Position numbers and translations under genes: made by a program
From: Saprolegnia diclina VS20
Taxonomy: Eukaryota
Length of the DNA stretch: 25,997 nt
NCBI RefSeq assembly: GCF_000281045.1
Contig: NW_008246103.1
Coordinates: forward strand, 274,582 to 300,578
Direction of reading: 5' to 3'
Part shown: positions 21,501-25,997 of the stretch, one piece after another
Layout of the letters: each line of letters opens with the position of its first letter
Position numbering within the stretch: position 1 is the stretch's first letter
The notes under the pieces: generated by a model
Seen by the model: the letters and a program-made list of their open reading frames with translations, nothing else
The model's database searches: none
What the model was told of the DNA's origin: nothing

Positions 21501-22368
21501 CGCGTTGGACTCGAATCGCAAGTTGAACCAGGTACCTTGCCCGCTCGAAAATGATCCTCCCCGTTGACTTTTTCACTGATTTCCACCACGATGGTAAAGA
21601 TCGAGTGCGACCGGGACGACCCTTCGTTCATGAGCGTGGCCGCGATCGTGCGGTTCTTGAACCCCCGGGCCATGACCCTACGTCATTCACTCAGAGAATG
21701 ACAAGTTGTACACAATGCGGTACCGGTTAATGCTGGCGACGTCGCTCACAACGACTTCTGTCAGGTCTTTGACGTACACGCCACCGTCGGCGCTTTCCTT
21801 GAGCTCGAGTTTTTGCTTCGAGTCGTCGCCGAGGAGGTCGCGAATGTCTTCGTTGTAAATCTCGAGGTACGTGGCGCGGACCATGTACTCGCGCTCTGTG
21901 TCGGCGCCAATGTTTTCAAAGACGTGGTCAAACGCGTGGGGGATGACGCCGCGGAGCTCCGGCGGGCTGTCCTTGCCTTGCATCGTGTGCGTTTTGCCGC
22001 AGCCGGTTTGGCCGTACGCAAAGATAGTGCCGTTGTAGCCCTCAAAGACACTTTCGACAAGCGGGTAGCCCGACTCGTCATAAAATTGTCGCTAGTACCA
22101 CGCGTTGAAACACGTTGAACGCATGTGGCGTGGGTACCTGCACCGTGTGCTCGTCGTAAACCGAGTCGAACGTAAAACTCTTTAACGCGTCGCTGTCGGG
22201 GCACTTGATGGAAACAACGGCGGCCGCGACGTCCATGGTCACGATCGACTGCCGGCCCTCGGTGATCTCCTTCCCAAAGAGCGGTCGGCAGCGCACAACG
22301 ACCTTGACCGTCTCTCTTCCCTTGGCATTCGCCGAATTGACGATCGCGGCCGCCGACGCGAGGTCCAT
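18563..22368 (-). CDS. Kinesin-2 family motor (KIF3/KIF17-like, intraflagellar transport type), about 1045 aa
   Basis: 14 GT-AG introns give an open 3138-nt CDS: 22092-22137, 21678-21723, 21486-21535, 21374-21416, 21275-21321, 21161-21209, 20900-20942, 20806-20858, 20717-20761, 20057-20119, 19887-19933, 19463-19509, 19234-19278, 18929-18972. Motifs: [67 protein letters not shown], kinesin-2 neck [18 protein letters not shown], tail [32 protein letters not shown]. The last exons are less certain. Confidence 0.93.
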
Positions 22369-22949
22369 TACAGAGGGCGGCGTACTGACAACTAAGTATA
22401 TATTGGGCCGTGCCGGTTACGCGCTCTAGTTACAAAGGTGGCACATGCCAAATCAAACAGGTTGGCCACGACATACGCGTATTTTCAGATCCACGTTCAT
22501 GGAGCAAGGCGGAGTCTAGTTCTTGCGTCTACCATTACAATTAGCACTGGGCTATTCGCCGCAACGAGCCAAGAGCAGTCCGCAATTTCAATCTTGTAAG
22601 GGAGGTGGACACTTAGGCCAGTCGTGTACTATACAAACCACTGAGTTCGCATTCCTTCTTCAGTTGCTTTCAACGCAGTCGCTACGATGCAGACGAGGGT
22701 CAAGGCACTGACGATGAGTTGGATGGCGAAAGCACTTAAATATGGTAATACATGGTTATTTGTGGCGGACGCCATGAATAAATAATAAATGGGACAAAAC
22801 GGTGCTTCTGGACCTCGAATGCCAACGCCACATAGCTTGCCATACTCTCCAAGGATGTGTCTACAGCTGTGGCGAGTTTGGGCGACATTTTTGAAAAGAG
22901 CAAAATCCGCGACTGCACTGCATCATTCGGCGTGTGGTCTGCCGGCTTC

Positions 22950-22986
22950 GATTGGATTGGCCAAAATGCTCGCAAAATGACCAATC
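22950..22986. promoter_or_regulatory. CCAAT-box cluster in the kinesin-2/SDR divergent intergenic region
   Basis: GATTGGATTGGCCAAAA at 22950-22966 and GACCAATC at 22979-22986. Confidence 0.4.
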
Positions 22987-23230
22987 AAATGGTTGTTCCA
23001 ACCATGGCATGTGCCGAATGTAACGCAGGTCAATCGACTGCATGCGTCAGGTCATGCATGTTGATCCACACTACCATCCTAAAAGATATGGAATGCGGTG
23101 GATGCATCCCCTATTTATGCTGGGAGGAGCTTGGACAAGCAACCCTGACGCGAGACGCAGTCCTGCGTGGATGTTGTACGAGGCCCTCTAATTTCGGCAT
23201 CCCTTATTTTCGGCAAGATGTTGAGAAATA

Positions 23231-23282
23231 GCCAATCATCACGCAATACGCGCGATGCTGATCTGCTGCTGCTGATCATTTT
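23231..23282 (+). promoter_or_regulatory. CCAAT box and oomycete Inr-like element upstream of the SDR gene
   Basis: GCCAATCA at 23231-23238. TCATTTT at 23276-23282 fits the YCAYTYY initiator consensus and lies just upstream of ATG 23295. Confidence 0.5.
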
Positions 23283-23294
23283 CCAACAGCGACG

Positions 23295-24448
23295 ATGAAT
23301 CTGGCCAATCGAGGTACGAGCTCTCGTCGGTCGCAGGGTCGAAGTGTGTCCTAGTTGCCATCGTCACGGGCGCGGGCAACGGACTCGGAAAGGCGTACGC
23401 GCTCCAGCTAAGCAAGCTCGGCGCCAAGGTCATCGTGAACGACACGGGGGGCAACCGCCACGGTGTTGGCATCGCCCAAGGCGCTGCCGACGCGGTCGTC
23501 GATGAGATTCGGTCGCTCCATGGAAAAGATGCAGCGGTTGCCAACTATAGCTCGGTCGAGCAGGGCGGCAGTATCGTGCAGACAGCCCTGGATACGTGTA
23601 CGTGGCAGCCTCGTCGTGGCATCCTCATGAGCAATTTGGCACTAGATGGTCGACTGGACATTCTTGTCAACAATGCAGGTACAATGACAGATGCAACAGG
23701 GGCTATGCGAACGATCGCTGATCGTCGCCACAGGTATTCTGCGGGACGTGACGCTCAAAAACATGACCGACGACGACTGGCATTCGGTGCTCAACGTGCA
23801 TCTCAACGGCACCATGAGGTACGCGCTTCGATCCTCCTCGTGCGCTGATTCCTAATCGCTTTATCAAAGCGTCACAAAAGCCGCGTGGCCAATTCTGCGG
23901 GCGCAAAACTACGGGCGCGTCATCAACGTCTCGTCTGCGTCGGGCCTGTACGGCAATGTCGGCCAAGCCAACTATGGCGCGGCCAAGATGGGCATCGCAG
24001 GCTTTAGCTTCACTGCCGCCAAAGAAGGCAGTCGCAACAACATCAAGGTCAACGTCATTGCGCCCTTGGCCATGTCCCGCATGACAGAGACGATCCCGTC
24101 GTCGCCGTCCGTGCTCGCGCGCCTTCAGACGCAGTACGTGGCACCTCTTGTGGGGTACCTCGCCCATGAAGACTGTGCGGTGAGCGGCCACGTGTACGAA
24201 GTCGGCGCTGGTTGGGTCTCGCGTGTGCGCTGGCAGCGCTCGCGCGGCGTCGTCTTCCCCAAGGACGGTATGACGGTCGACGCCATCGCCGCCAACCTCG
24301 GTGCGATCGAGGTGCGTGGTATCTTGCCAACGACAAAGTGACTCAGAGCGTGTAGGCGTTTGACGTCGACGACGTCACGTATCCGACGAGTCTCATGGAC
24401 TCGATCCATGCGTGCGAAGATGCGCTGGCCAACGACGCGAACAAGTGA
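23295..24448 (+). CDS. Short-chain dehydrogenase, (3R)-hydroxyacyl-CoA dehydrogenase-like (HSD17B4/MFE-2 N-terminal domain), about 304 aa
   Basis: Introns 23314-23354, 23598-23645, 23679-23733, 23819-23869 and 24312-24355 give a 915-nt open CDS. Motifs: VAIVTGAGNGLG, GAKVIVND, GRLDILVNNAGILRD, AAWP..QNYGRVINVSSASGLYGNVGQANYGAAKMG (YxxxK), EVGAGW..RWQRSRG. Confidence 0.92.
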
Positions 24449-24491
24449 TGGAGACCCTTGGGAACGCACACAATAATGTCCTTATATCAGG

Positions 24492-24737
24492 TTACTTTTG
24501 GAGCTTGGAGCTGGGCACATCAAAGGGCTTGGACGCGGACTCGCCATTGAGGTACTGGAGCGAGTAGACGGACTGCAGCGACTTGGCCGAGCGAGCAGGC
24601 GTGGGCGTGGTCGCGTGTACCCGCTCGTCGTTGTGGTCCTTGAAGAGGCTTTGGCTCTCGGCCTTGGGCAAGAGGCTCGCGATCGACGCTTCCTTGACGA
24701 GCGTGCGCTGTGTCGAGACAAACCGGCGGGCTAGCAT
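24492..24737 (-). CDS. Small hypothetical protein (81 aa) with a mitochondrial-presequence-like N-terminus
   Basis: ATG start and codon usage like neighbouring genes. The N-terminus MLARRFVSTQRTLVK is R/S/T-rich with no acidic residues. A double CCAAT box lies about 85-105 bp upstream. Confidence 0.6.
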   Translation of the reverse strand: MLARRFVSTQRTLVKEASIASLLPKAESQSLFKDHNDERVHATTPTPARSAKSLQSVYSLQYLNGESASKPFDVPSSKLQK

Positions 24738-24820
24738 TACGATAGCGTGTACTGAGCAACAAAGGTCAAAAGCTCAACTGACACAAGTGGCGTCCGGCCA
24801 GCAAGATACTGACCGCGCTG

Positions 24821-24844
24821 TGATTGGACGGTTTCAGCCAATCG
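24821..24844. promoter_or_regulatory. Inverted pair of CCAAT boxes
   Basis: TGATTGG-acggtttcag-CCAATCG. The minus strand reads CGATTGGCTGAAA, resembling the extended oomycete CCAAT element. Confidence 0.55.
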
Positions 24845-25283
24845 AAAGCTTTTCATTCCCAACTGCAACCAGCCAAACAGGCGGGGCAACTTGAAGAAGA
24901 TCTGTAGGAAGCGCCACGTCGTCCACGCTCGCCCCAGCCATCCACGCATAGCCTGACGGAGGTTATGTTCTTTACGCTCTATCAAGGCAAGGTCTTCAGA
25001 GGTTCAGTTATTCCCTTCTCACCCAAGAAGGTACCAAATACCGACGCCCCCCGGTGTCCCCAGCTGCCTGCGAACTGTCCTCTGGGCAAGATTCCAGGCT
25101 CTGGAGTGATCGACAACCTTCTTGGATTCCTTCCACCACGTGGCACCCGCTCGATCTAATGCAAGCTGGTTTCTCGACAATCCCAAAAGGCCTGGTGAAC
25201 ACTGCTTGCTTTTAGAAGCCGGCCATCGCACTGCTCTCATCACCAAACTGGAATAATGGTTCGATACTACAGGCTTACATTGG

Positions 25284-25997
25284 CTACTCTTTCTCGACAG
25301 TCTTGGTTGTGGGGCTCACCGCTTGTTTGCGTCGGTTCCGATGCCACTTGCGTCCGTAGTAGCAGCCGCAGCCCGCCACGAGAAGAACGCCAACCGAGAC
25401 GCCGGCAAAGATCCCGCCGTAGTACAAAAGCGCCTTGTTGGTGAACGTCGCCTCGGCCGAGGCTTGACCGGCGTTGAGGTAGGTGGTCATGTTGTCGCAC
25501 ATGCTGACAGCGAGGCCCGCGAGTTCGCAGCCGCACGTGATCTGAATCACTTGGTACTGCGTCTGTAGCCACGAGTCATTCTGGCAGAGACTCAATGGCA
25601 CGCCGCTTGTACAGCGCCCGTCGCCGTCGACGAGGTTCTTGGCGCCGGCGCTGTAAATGGCCCAATATGGCTTTTCGTAGAGCATGTACGGCTCGATCCA
25701 CGCGTCGCGTTGCTGGGCGTACGTCTCGAGGGCGTTCGCGGCTTGCAGAAACGAGAGGTTGGCAAAGTCGACAGTAAAGTTGGTGAGCTCGCCAAACTTG
25801 CTGAGGCGAAAGTCGCGTGCGAGCTTGGTAACTTGAATGTTATCTTCGACAATGACGTGCGTCGTGTCGACAATTTCCTGGCCAATCTCAGCGTCCGACG
25901 TCATGCTGCGGACGTTCCAGTTGCTCGAGCCAATCGAGACGAGGACATCGTCGACCAAGAGCACTTTCGAGTGCACGTAGATCCCGAGGCTCGGCTT
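25284..25997 (-). CDS. Phospholipase D family protein, C-terminal part, with a C-terminal transmembrane helix (5' end lies beyond the right edge)
   Basis: HKD motif IYVHSKVLLVDD (HSKVLLVD at 25950-25973) followed by IGSSNWNVRSMTSDAEIG, typical of the second PLDc motif. DGDGRC at 25611-25628. Hydrophobic LLYYGGIFAGVSVGVLLVAGCGCYY (25356-25430) is followed by the basic stretch RKWHRNRRK. Confidence 0.9.
   Translation of the reverse strand, partial: KPSLGIYVHSKVLLVDDVLVSIGSSNWNVRSMTSDAEIGQEIVDTTHVIVEDNIQVTKLARDFRLSKFGELTNFTVDFANLSFLQAANALETYAQQRDAWIEPYMLYEKPYWAIYSAGAKNLVDGDGRCTSGVPLSLCQNDSWLQTQYQVIQITCGCELAGLAVSMCDNMTTYLNAGQASAEATFTNKALLYYGGIFAGVSVGVLLVAGCGCYYGRKWHRNRRKQAVSPTTKTVEKE

Noticed and set aside
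22523..23231. Cys-rich 124-aa ORF (22857-23231) and neighbours in the kinesin-2/SDR intergenic region
   Set aside because: Lower-GC promoter-like DNA with CCAAT boxes, atypical codon usage, and Cys spacing that fits no zinc-finger pattern I recognise.
24965..25246. Short ORFs between the microprotein promoter and the PLD stop
   Set aside because: No recognisable homology or coding bias; probably 3' UTR or intergenic.
1..25997. tRNA/rRNA genes, transposons, CRISPR arrays or prokaryotic operon systems
   Set aside because: None seen. The window is spliced eukaryotic genes with short intergenic spacers, no repeat-spacer arrays, no terminal repeats and no transposase or RT motifs.

Overview
Gene-dense, GC-rich eukaryotic DNA with many very short (mostly 41-57 nt) GT-AG introns. 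This is most consistent with an oomycete, probably Saprolegniales (inferred from intron size, GC content, the PLD type and promoter motifs). I manually spliced nine protein-coding genes. They are: a divergent axonemal dynein heavy chain (minus strand, runs off the left edge), an RNI-like LRR protein, a short CFAP58-like coiled-coil protein, a PTC7-type PP2C phosphatase, a kinesin-9 (KIF9/KLP1-like), a kinesin-2, an HSD17B4/MFE-2-like short-chain dehydrogenase, a small putative mitochondrial protein, and the 3' part of a phospholipase D. The most striking element is the dynein. Its spliced frame is intact (about 3357 codons, 25 introns in the window) and its microtubule-binding domain is conserved. 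However, AAA1 has lost the catalytic Walker B, AAA3 has lost the Walker A lysine, the stalk looks shortened, and the tail carries an inserted EF-hand pair. It is a candidate Ca2+-responsive, catalytically dead 'pseudo-dynein'. It sits in a tight cluster of flagellar genes, and two divergent promoters in that cluster share an identical 13-mer. No RNA genes, mobile elements or CRISPR arrays were supported. Family assignments come from recalled motifs, not database searches.
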